From Perna viridis (lineage: Eukaryota), in NCBI GenBank assembly GCA_037379345.1, contig CM074515.1, forward strand, positions 2,232,001 to 2,296,000: 64,000 nucleotides of DNA. Direction: 5' to 3'. The notes beneath the pieces are model-generated. The model did no database searches. It was not told the origin of the DNA and saw only the letters and a program-made list of their open reading frames with translations. Numbering within the stretch: the first letter of the stretch is position 1; the number at the start of each line of letters is the position of its first letter. Both the position numbers and the translations under genes were made by a program. Positions 12,762 through 24,035 of this stretch are shown here, one piece after another.

Positions 12762-14783
12762 TCCTTCTACGGTAAATTCGTATCATAGGGTTTTGTACGA
12801 ATAATTTCCATTCATGCTATTCCACGTAATATATATGACACTTTGAGTCAGTATCGATATGAGAAACTGGTAGTTACGTTCACAATTAAATTCATTTTTT
12901 ATCAAATATTGTATTGATTTAACTTATTGAACCGCAGAACGTAATAAATTGGTTGTGAAATGAATACATTGTAAAAGTACAATAGAGTTTACATAAATAT
13001 TGTTGCCCGATTTCAATTGCCAGTTCCGGACAAAGAAAACTTTTTACCGTTTCTCTCAGTAATATTGACCAAAATCAAACTGAAAGTTTGATTAGTATTC
13101 AAATACAAATTAATATTAGACTACTGTAAAAACACGATATAGGTTGGATTTTATTTGGTTACAGGTGAATTAGGTTACATGTATGTAAAGTGGGATTAGT
13201 TGGGATTTTATATGAACTATGCTGACACTAAAACTTATCGAAAGTAATATGTACCCCCCCCTAAAAATATAGATAGTCACGGGCTTAAGTACATGCAGAT
13301 GAAATATGACTGGTGCAAAATTTATTCATATCATATGAGTGTATAAATAAGATCAGTTTTTATTTCTTTACAAGTCATTTTAAATTCTTGTACTCGTATT
13401 CTTTGGTTTGTTTGTTGATTCTTATTTTCATTTCCCCTCCCACTCTTGCTATAAATGTTTGGGTATCTTATATATCCGACGTTTTTAGGGGGTGGTTCGA
13501 ACAATATTTCTGGTTGTAGAGAGAAAAAAATCGGAATCAGAAAGTTCTAACCACTCATTACATAACTAGAAAGAACGGAATATTGGACACAAAATAAATT
13601 TATTGTCGGATCGAGGGGTTCCATAGGATGGAACTCCTCTCCCTTGTGTTGAACAATTTTGTTAATTTTTGTCAAAAATGGGCAAATAGAGGCCTGATGC
13701 CCTAAACCCCTTTTTCTGGAACTCCATTTCCAAAATCTCTGCATCCATGGTTGAAATCTTACTTTGAAACGTATTCCCCGGTGATGAAAGATAATCGATC
13801 TTTTCTGTTTTTCTGTCCCTTTTCAGTTTTTGAAGCTTGCTTTTTGGCTTGCACCTTGGAAATCAGCTCATTTACCCTTTAATAAAAAAACAATGTTTGT
13901 TATTCTTTATTACTCGGTGAACGTTATTAGAAAGTCTAGATTTGGCGAGATTTATTCACGATACTATATAATACAGATAAAACACGCAACTATAAAGGCC
14001 TTCTACGCCGAGCACTAATTACATAAAAGAAGAATTTTTTAATGAGGTTTTGAAGTACAAAACACAAGCATAAAACATGTCACTTGTAACATTACATAAA
14101 AAGTTAAGATTATTTCTACATGTTTTAAATCTTTTTTAAATCAATATTTTTTGTATTATTCAGACTTGCATCTTGCATCATATTTTGATGTAGTTTTGCA
14201 TCGATAAATCATATTTCCTCAGAAATCTATAAGATGTGGCCAATGTAACCACACAGCTAGTAACAATTATTTAGATAAAAAAGAACAGGTCTGCACACGT
14301 TTAACAGTACTACTGGGTGATACAGTATAGTAGGATAGGTTGGAAAATAGAAATAAAATTTGAAAAGTTCATGCGATGAATATTATATTCAAAACTAGTA
14401 AAACACAAATACTAGGTTAAGATAGGGCTAGTGCATCAGCCTCGTGCATATAGTGCATGTATACCACGTTTAAACTAAGTCACCAGATATTAAGAGATGA
14501 CAGAATTTCGACGTATATCGTCATTCAGTATAGTCGAGAAAGTTTTGTTATCGTCATTTTGATAAGTAAAATCAACACAAGATAAGATTATTCATTGAAT
14601 AATATCATGACAACAAAAAGTGTTTCTCGGGAGATATGCGCCTACCTAGTGACACAACCGAAACGACTTCGACAACTGTAGATTCTACTGAAAATACAAA
14701 GGATGGACCAATTCCTACACCCTGTGGTTCGACATAACAATGTCAATTAAAAAGACGAAGGATAACAAATGAAAAGAACTTAC

Positions 14784-14851
14784 CATTCGTGACTAGCATA
14801 AGGAAATACAGTTGGGCGTTGGAGCTTGGTTTGATGATTTCGTTCTAACAT
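14784..14851 (-). CDS. Alternative distal first coding exon of the uncharacterised minus-strand gene
   Basis: ATG ... gaatg|gtaagt, phase 2, MLERNHQTKLQRPTVFPYASHE(W). It splices in frame to exon 12268-12097. Confidence 0.55.
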
Positions 14852-15551
14852 TTTAATCCTGCATGTAACAGCATTGTGAATTGATGCAGCGCCAAACAGT
14901 ACGTTCCACCAACTCCTGAGAAGGAACTGACAAGTAACCACTGTTAAATTCGACGTCACAATGTCTACAGATCGGCTTTGTCCGAAAACGTTGTCTTGAT
15001 ATATGACAATGCCAGCCGTGTGATTTGAAGAATAGTTGATTTAACTTTATTAATATTTTGCTGTCTTTTTCAAATGAACGGATTATTTACAATTGCTGTG
15101 TGGGAAACTTATTTGATTTCAAAGCTGTCGTCAGTTTCTTACAGAAACTTTGAATACCTTCAAAGGACCTAACTTATTAAATATTGCAAATGATTCTGTT
15201 GTTATCAAACTCGTCTGAATGCCGAATAAATTTATATTCTTGGTTTTATTTACTCTACCCATTAATGATAGAGTCCATGCAATTTTATTAATTTTCAATG
15301 ATAAAATCAATTTTCACACCTAAATAATCAATGTAAAGATTATTGTGATAGGTTAACTTATTTAAAGAAAAGAACAGATGAGAAACATCTAACAAACATG
15401 CTAAATAAAATATAGGCAAACATTAATCTTCATGAAACCACGAAAATTCAACTCTTGTTTGCTCAACTTTAATTAAAGACCGTTTTGCTGATTCAATTTC
15501 TGCTATGAGGAGATGGCTATGCTTAATCATTTATTTACTCAATAGACAGAC

Positions 15552-15651
15552 CACAGGGACTTGCTCCTATTATCAAATGTGCAGGCCCGCTAGTATTTGA
15601 CCACGAATATACTAGTGCGCCTGCATTGATAGTCGAAGCAAGCCCTCTGTG
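15552..15651. repeat. ~100-nt imperfect foldback (MITE-like hairpin)
   Basis: Paired arms acagggacttgct/agcaagccctctgt, tgcagg/cctgca and ctagtat/atactag. Confidence 0.6.
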
Positions 15652-17380
15652 CATAGACTTGTAGTAACAGGTCTGAACAGAATCGATGATGATAACACCG
15701 TATTTAAACCAAAAAAAAAAAAAAGGTGATTTCTATATATGAACTAGAACAACAGTATACTTATACAGCACATGAAAAAGTTAACCCTATCATATTTTCT
15801 AAGACAAGCGCTCTGCCTCAAGAAAACCTAGGCCTAAACTATAAGATATACAATAATACATGAAAGATAGCCAACATAAGTCAGATCTTTAGATAAGTCT
15901 TTCGAACCTCTGGTAATTAATTTTAATACACATGTCAGATAACAGAACAAATACACAAAAAATAAACAAAATGAATCCCTGCACTCCACATGGACACAAC
16001 TGTACAGGCAAAACACTCTGCTAGAAATCTCATTGTGTCTGTGAGACAATGGTGGTGCCCCGCAGTTGATTTGTCTAGTAACAATCAGGCCACACATGCA
16101 ATGAATAAGCAAAACACCAACCTTTTATGAATGATTTTCAATAACTCTCAAAGGAAAAATTGATTTTTTAAAAAAGGAGCTTCGCATTATGCGTTTATAC
16201 ACTTTCTCAATTTCAATTTAACTGATCCAAGCGTTTGAGTTATCGTGTGAAAACTTGAGGTTCGGATGGATGGACGAGAAACAAAAACTACAGAGCATTA
16301 ATTGATAAAATGATAATACTTTTCATCGCATCCACTTTCCCCAACAATGACCTTGCAGGCGCGTATTCCTAAGGGCGAACCCAGAGTGAAATCCTTGTCC
16401 CGTCCCTGTCTTGCGTTTCCTCATAAATTTTTTCTATCCCGTACATGTATTAATCGGAAGGGATAATTTCAACTAGACTGTCATTAATTTCTAAATCAAA
16501 TCGTAGAAAGACTTGCAGTCAGAGAAATGTTTTTGAAAAAAACATTTGAAGTGATTAGATAAATAAACCTTCTACGTCCATAACGTTTTCCCAGTACGTC
16601 CAGTTAATCCTTTGTCGGCCGATATCATCTGAACAAATACAAAAAAAAAAAAACGAAACCAAAAAAACGAAACCAAAAAAAACAAAAAACAAAAAAAATA
16701 GAAATGAATAAACGCAAGAATGTGCTTTTGTTTTGTTTTGTTTTGTTTTTTTTGTTGTTTTTTTTTTATACGTTATCATAGTCCATGTGAATATCTTTTT
16801 GGTAGATCTAGAAAAACAGCCAGATGTGCACTATATACATCTTTCTTTATTAAAATAGGAAAGGACAACTTTACAAAAAATAATACAACACTCGAATGAT
16901 TTCAAAAGTAGTTCAAACCTTTAACTTAGTACTCATTAAAGCGCCAATGGCGCTGAACCTCGGAAGTTACGAGAAATTTTTAAGTATTTTAAAAACTTTT
17001 AAAGACGCTAATCATAATCCGCCGATATGCGACAATTTGTTCTTTCTGCATTTCCATAAAGATTAATTATTCACTACTACAAAACAATACGTGATGATTT
17101 AAAATTTCATTTTAATTTCGTTTCGTTTCGTTTTTATTTTGTTTTTGACAACATGTGTTTTGGTTTAAACGGAGTCAATCAAATGTCTATATTGTACATT
17201 TGATAATTGAGTATGGTGTTAATTTTTTCCTATAGAATATTCTCTTTTTAATTTTTATTAGTAATGCCATACAGTTGGAGTCAAGTAGTATGCTGGTAAA
17301 ATAAAACATTAGGGGACGAATAAGCGAGTCAATAATTTGGGACGAATTGACAAGATCGCGAATTATCCCCCATTGTTAAG

Positions 17381-17407
17381 CCTCTTTTTCGATACCATAA
17401 AAATTCG
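17381..17407 (+). promoter_or_regulatory. RPS19: RPS19 TCT/5'TOP initiator and non-coding first exon
   Basis: cctctttttc polypyrimidine initiator followed 27 nt later by the donor cg|gtgagc. This is typical of ribosomal protein genes. Confidence 0.75.
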
Positions 17408-18513
17408 GTGAGCACGTTGTTCTGTTGACAGAATATTAAAATTATATTTTAGCCCTCAACAGCCTTTCAACTCTGGTCAGTAGATGACAATTCGGACCAC
17501 ATGTACACTTGAATTATTAGATGTGGAACGTATGAGTTGATAGAAAACTTGGAACTTAAAAAACGACTTATTTTCGCCATTATTAAGCCACTATCACGTG
17601 GAAAGGAAATTTCGTCGGTCATCATGTCTAGCTTATTTTTTATACTGTCGGTCAAGAATATGTTTTGAAATGTCAGAGTAACATAATTGAAAAAATGAAG
17701 ATAAGTCATTTAAAACGAACGCAAGATAAATAGAATGTTTAATTTGGTCCCACCAGCTTCGGAAGCTGCCTTTCTGGATGTCCTTTATACTAATTCTTTT
17801 AATTATTTACCTGCATGACATGTATATCTACATCACTTTTTTGGCCCATACACGTAAAAAGGGGGGGGGATATTCAATCACTAAAATTTGTCGTTTTGAT
17901 TTTAAGTGTCAACTCATATTTAAGGTTCATTATTACCTTTTGACCAATATGGCCCCAATTTCACCACTAATTGCCTACTGACAAAGCTGTGTGTCTAGAA
18001 GAATTTTAAGGCATGGCCACCACCATTTTGACAAGCCTGTGGACAACTGCTTAACTTTGAAGACTGGTGCAACAAATATCTATAGATCACCTGATTCTTA
18101 TTCAGTCTTCTGTAGTATATAATCCTCCTTCATACTGTATCTTTTTCAAAGATACAAATGTTTGTTATTTATCATAAAAAAAAAGCAATTGTAATTCTCT
18201 CAAATCTTTGAACCTGCTGCTTTATTGGTATCAGCACACATTACTGGTTGTGTGTTGAATGAGTTGAATAAGTCCCATTCTCTATTTTTATGAGGAATTT
18301 ACACTTTTGAAAGCATTCATAACCAAAGATACGCAAGCCCTGTAGACGGAAAACCAAATTAACTTTTAGGGTATCAAGGGCCTCTTGTGTCCACATTCTA
18401 CTTGTTTTTGGTATATTTAAATGGCATTGTTATATGAAGATTAAGCTATTTTAAGTGATACGATACTTTTATAGAAGTATATGACTAATTATTTACAACT
18501 TCTTTTTGCAGAT

Positions 18514-18581
18514 ATGGGTATCTCAGTCAAGGACGTTGATCCACATGATTACACTAAGGCACTTGCCGCCTTTTTGAAGAA
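18514..18581 (+). CDS. RPS19: RPS19 coding exon 1
   Basis: tttttgcag|atATG ... aagaa|gtaagt. Confidence 0.95.
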
Positions 18582-21517
18582 GTAAGTTGTAATATCAGTT
18601 AAAATATTATCATCATCGATGAATAATTGTTAGATATACATTGATACTAACAGCTTTAAGGTGCAAGTTTGGTCAGTATTGGGCTTTTTTGGTTTATGAA
18701 TTTTTTGTTCTTAAAGGAAAATGGGTAGTAGAAATAAAACTACAATTGAGTTTCAAAACACTGTCATTGATAAAAATGAAACCATTGTTAAGTGAGGATT
18801 TTGAATTTTTTAAAATATATTTTTAACTGAAAATCAAATCGATATTCAGTTTTCGGATTGTTTTTGTGTTGAAGGTTCTTGAAAAACCATAATCGATACC
18901 AAAAAACTTCCCGTTAATAAAGTAAACCTATGTTTAGGCCTGCAAAAGTCTACATTGGGTGAAATTTATGGGATTACTATTTGTCGAGTCATTGTCATAT
19001 AAAGGTAAAACAAAGTTTCTTCCCTGAGTTTTCGGTTTTTATCCTGAGAACAATAATGTTAAATAGAAAAAAATATGATTTAGCTTTCAAAAGTCTCCAG
19101 TGGTGTTCAGATAGTCCTGTAAATGAAGAATAATGAGAAAAATCCATTTTGCCTTTTATGTGTTAATTTTTTAGCTGTTTCATGTAGTTCAAGATATAAA
19201 TTAATGATAAAGTTCTGTGCTTGAAGGTCTGGTAAGATGAAGGTACCTGATTGGTCGATCATCGTTAAACTTGGCAGATTTAAGGAATTAGCTCCATATG
19301 ATGAAGATTGGTACTACATTCGTGCAGGTATACTCCACTTCTGTGGTAATGATAGTTCGCATATATGTCTAAAATCCATCCATTTTTATTTGTCATGTTG
19401 AAATTGCTCTGTTAACATTCAATTTATAGCTCAGCTACATTTGTACTGTAGTTCTGTCATTTATCTACTTTGTGTCGCCTGTTTTCAGAAATTAGAGCCA
19501 AAGGGTACCAAAAAAATTTATACTTTTTAAAAAAAGGCAGTATTAAGTTCACTGGTGAATTATCTTTGTCAATTCTCCATTCATGACATGCTTGTACCCA
19601 TGATTCACTCTTGATGCATGGGCAGGTTTTTAGCTCTAGTCAGTCACTTTCATATGCATAAAATATTAAGTACTACTCCAGAAACAGGTATTTTACTTCC
19701 ATCAAAGACTATATTACTATTCTCATACAGTCCCTGATTTTAAAACATGCATGTTCTCCTAAGTTGCCCTTTATGGTCTAATTTACCTAATACAATATAA
19801 TTTACTTTTTTTTTATTATTTTTAACAAACTTGATTCTTTTTTTCAAGTGATAAAATTTCTATCAAACTACAGTTTGTACCATGGACCATTAATTGTGTC
19901 CCTGTTTAATTATCTTGATATCTGAATAGCATTTCTTTAATTAGATTTTGGGAATCCCCATTCTATTTGTTTATCGATTTTCCCGCCAAAAAAGTTACAT
20001 GGCAAAAGTGTAAACAAATGTCAACCATTTTCTTTTATCAATTCTTTCATTTTGAAGTATTTAGACACTTCCTGATGGGATAATCATTGTTAATTGGATT
20101 TAATTTATTCTGTTATTACGTAAGTCTGTTTCTGAATGTATTACATGGTTAAATAGGGCTGTGAAACTTGTATGTAGCTACGTGCACATGGCCTTAATTG
20201 TGTTTACCTTTGACCAGATGATGAGAGTTTTGATTGGGTCAATAATATATTTACATTTGATTGACACCTCCTATGAGGATATTGTCAGTCCAGTCGCTTG
20301 GTCTAATTACCTTTAATTGCCTTCAGTTGGTCATAGTCAATTAAGTCTGACCAGGTGTCAACACAATTGTTTAATTGGAGAGAATATCCCTTGCTGATAA
20401 ACTTCTGGTAAATTTCAATATACAAAACCTAGGTGCCAAGAAAAACTGGCTATTTTTTGTCGCCAGATAAAATAAAAAATCGCAAATTGCGACATTGGTG
20501 AAGCCCAGCACGACCCCTGATGATGTGCAATGTGTATTATGAACAAATTTTATTTAGTTTTTCTACATTTTAAGCATATTGAAGTAGTCCATTTTTTTCT
20601 CACCTTATGTTGTACCCTGTTTGTAATCTGTAGCTCCAAAAGTATTGACATAGGTCCTGACATGTATGGGGTTTAGTGAATGTATGCACTTAGCTGACAT
20701 GAAAATGTTAAAGAACAATGAAATCTGAAATAGTTGAAATTGCCAATAAAATAAAAAAAAAATTTTTCAGCATCCATTTGCCGTCACTTATACATGAGGT
20801 CACCTGTTGGGGTCAGCACCTTTACAAAAATCTATGGAGGTAATTTATGATTTTTATGCCGTATATCATATAACAACCTAATGTAGTGTTCTATGCAATA
20901 GATAGATCAGTGTTGGACGATTAGAGAAAAAAAGCCTTTGAAGATTTGCTGTTTCTAATTCAAATTTGCATGAGCTTCATTTGATATATTCATTTAATAT
21001 TTTGGTATTTACATAAATACAGTTAGACAGGCACATCTAGAGATAATAGATATTAATTTAATACATTTTTATTTAGAAATTTGTTGCATATACATGTACA
21101 TGTAAAGTGGCCCATTCAAAACTACCATATTTATGTAATATTACAGATGTTTTCTTGTGTACCATTATATCTGAGTCTAAATTATTACGTCTGTTTCCAG
21201 TCTGGTTTTAGAATACATGTAATGGTTGTTTTAGAATACATATACATGTAATGGTTGTTGAAGTGTTTTTATGTTATTAATATCTTGATTTAAACATTAT
21301 AGGTAGAAAACGTAATGGAACAGCTCCCAGCCATTTCTGCAGAAGTTCATCCAGTATTGCACGTAAAGTTCTGCAGTCTCTAGAGGGATTAAAACTTGTG
21401 GAGAAAGACCCCAACAACAACATGGGCCGAAGATTAACTGTTCAAGGCAGAAAAGATTTAGACAGAATTGCTGCACAAGTGAAGGAAAAATCCTCAAAAA
21501 TCCCCAAACTGTTGTAA
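18514..21517 (+). CDS. RPS19: 40S ribosomal protein S19 (eS19), 4 coding exons
   Basis: Exons 18514-18581, 19227-19327, 20771-20839 and 21303-21517 give [156 protein letters not shown] at 21527. Confidence 0.97.
19227..19327 (+). CDS. RPS19: RPS19 coding exon 2
   Basis: SGKMKVPDW...[15 protein letters not shown]. Confidence 0.95.
20261..20368 (+). ncRNA. Candidate intronic snoRNA in RPS19 intron
   Basis: A perfect 9-bp terminal stem ttgacacct/aggtgtcaa encloses box C-like ATGAGGA (20273) and box D CTGA (20347). An ACA triplet follows the stem. Ribosomal protein introns commonly host snoRNAs. Confidence 0.35.
20771..20839 (+). CDS. RPS19: RPS19 coding exon 3
   Basis: [22 protein letters not shown]. 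Confidence 0.95.
21303..21517 (+). CDS. RPS19: RPS19 coding exon 4
   Basis: [11 protein letters not shown]...[19 protein letters not shown]...*. Confidence 0.95.
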
Positions 21518-22229
21518 ACGGTGTAAAATAAAAGACTGAAGAGATATATGGTTTTGATTTGTAATGGTCATTTATTCTGTGTTGTATATTCATGTTTAAC
21601 CTGCATTTGACTTTCTAAGTTAAAAGCTTTTTGAAGGGCAGATAATGTACTGGTCTTTTGATTGAAAGGGGAAAGCTTCTTTATGAAATAATTTCTGCCC
21701 CACACTGAATATCTTGATAGCAGGTATTCTAATTAATACATTGCTTTACCATGACAAGTTACAGATTAAGTTTCAAGCTTTGATTTTTATATGACCACAA
21801 AAATATTTTTCTGTCATGTAATGGTATCACCCTGTCCTCATCATTGGCATCTGTTAAGATTTTTAAGAAAACTTATCCAATCTTTTTGAAATTATAACAC
21901 ATTGTTCTTAGGAACAAGGTGGAAGGCCTTACAGTTTTCTGATGATTTTGCCTCACCTCTTTAGGAAATAAGGGACTAAAGGGTGAAAATAGGTGTTATC
22001 ATTAGAATAGATAGAAAAAAATTTTTAACACATTTTCCTTGGAGGGTCCTATAGTTTATGGAGGTTTTTGCCCTTCACCTTCTGGAAATGAGGATCAAAA
22101 GGAGGAAAATATGTGCCAGAATTAGAATTCATAGAAAAAATCTTATTGTCGATCCAATTTTTATTATTCAGATATCAACCTGTTCCCTAACTGGTTTTTG
22201 ATTTAAAAGGGTACAAAATTTGGCCATGC

Positions 22230-23272
22230 TAAAATAAGGGGTAGCGAGCCATTGCCATCACTATGTTTTTATCGTCTGTCATCGTTGTCTGTTAACTTTT
22301 TTCAAACATCGTCTGAAACTACTGGACAGATTGTAACCAAAGTTAGCATGAATGTTCTAAAGGTTTTTTTTAGCTCGCTCGGCCTTAGGCCATGTGAGCC
22401 ATTGCCATCACTTGGTGTCCGTTGTTCACAATTTCTTCAAACATCATCTCCTCTGAAACTACTGAATAGATTTGCATGAAACTTATAAAGTTTCTTCCTT
22501 AGAGTATCCTGCACAAAAAGACCCTTTGGATTTTTGATCGGTTAAAAAACATGGCTGCCATTTAAAAAATAGAACATAGGGGTCAGACAGCAGAATTTTG
22601 CGTATATCTCTAAAACCGTTAGGTTTAGCCAAATCTTGACATGGTTAAAAGTTTTCAGCATGAAGAGATCTATCTGTTGTCAAAATTTGGTGAAAATCTG
22701 TTGATCCATGTTTGAGTTATTGCCCTTTTTGGAAGGTTTTTGCTGTTTTTCATGTTACTACTCTCAAAATCTTTTTTCAAAAACTACTGTACAGAATTTA
22801 GTGAAAGTTGGTTTTCTTGTCTTTTAGAGTATCCTGAACAAAATGAATGTTTGGATTTTTGATCGGTTAAAAAACATGGCCGTTGTTACTAAAAATAGAA
22901 CAGGGGGTTGGGCAGTAGTTCAGTGCATATATCTCCAAAACCTTTAGGTTTAGCTAATATCTTTTCATTTGCTGAAGTGATCCTTATTATAAGGCCTGCA
23001 AAAGTCTCAAAGGGATCAAAGTTGTCAGACGACTCCATGTAAGAGTTTTGCCCTTGATAGGCAAAAAATTTTGTTTTTAGCAGTTTTCAGCCAATATCTT
23101 GAAAACTATAATAGATAGAATGAAACTTTCAGTTGATGAAATGATCCTTATAAGTTCTACCAAAGTCTTCATGGAGTCAAAATTGTTGAACGACTCCTTG
23201 TTAGAGTTATTGCTCTTGAAAGGCAATAATTTAACCAGGTGGTCAATTCAGGGTCCTGGGAGCCGCTTGTTT
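22230..23272 (-). mobile_element. pearl/HINE-like element, same family as 46-875
   Basis: Terminus ...ccaggtggtcaattcagggtcctgggagccgcttgttt is the reverse complement of 46-100. A ttttagctcg...gtgagc subterminal structure lies at about 22370. Internal units are duplicated. Confidence 0.65.
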
Positions 23273-23469
23273 AAAAATCCATTTGTGCGGATTTTTGATC
23301 TGGCGAAAGATATGGCGGCTATTACTAAAAAATGTAGGGACAAATTGCTGAATTTTCCAAAAACTCAAAAACAGTTGGGTTTAGCTAAAATCTGGCTGGA
23401 TAAATTTTTTAGCATGAATGATGGACCTATGCTGAAAATTTCAGAAAGATCCATTGAGGGATAAGTGAA

Positions 23470-24035
23470 AGAGTAATCAAGGGAACCAAGACTCGAGCGG
23501 AAATCTAAAGAATATAATCCTGTGACAAAGACCAGACATGGAAAACAGTCGCACACAACAAAGAACATGAAATAACCGAAATGATAGTACAAAGCAACAA
23601 AAGTAAATGAGCAGCTCAGACTCTATTTACAAATAAATTGAAGCATGGACCAGGTGCACCAGAAGGGTAAGTGTCCTCTGCTTTGCTAGAAACACCTGAT
23701 AACAAGTCCGGGAAAGGAAAACTGTTGACAGGTTAAGTAAATCAGTTCTCGAGGTGCAAATGGATACACTTGACGATTCGGCAGTTCATGATGACGACCA
23801 TAAAACTTCAGTAGTGATGACTTCACTTCAATCTTGTAGCAACATAACCCTGTTGCCGAAGCCGAATTGTAAGAAGTCTAGCACTGTACGTGCTGAAGGG
23901 ATGTTGCCACAGATAGTTGAAAAAAACTGAATGAAAAGTCATTGTGGTTGTCGTGTATAGTTTCCTTAACCACCGAACTCTTGAGTGGAAGTCAAGATAT
24001 AAGGCTGACTTCACAGTGTATATAGTATCCAATAA
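23470..24035 (-). mobile_element. 3' fragment of Naiad-type Penelope-like element (RT C-terminus plus tail)
   Basis: Encodes TVKSALYLD and QQGYVATRLK. The tail is homologous to 48190-48470. Confidence 0.8.

Noticed and set aside
16636-16770. A-rich tract followed by a T-rich tract (apparent foldback or terminator)
   Set aside because: Low-complexity sequence; the complementarity is trivial.
23099-23464. 121-aa ORF
   Set aside because: It crosses the terminus of a non-coding pearl/HINE-like repeat.
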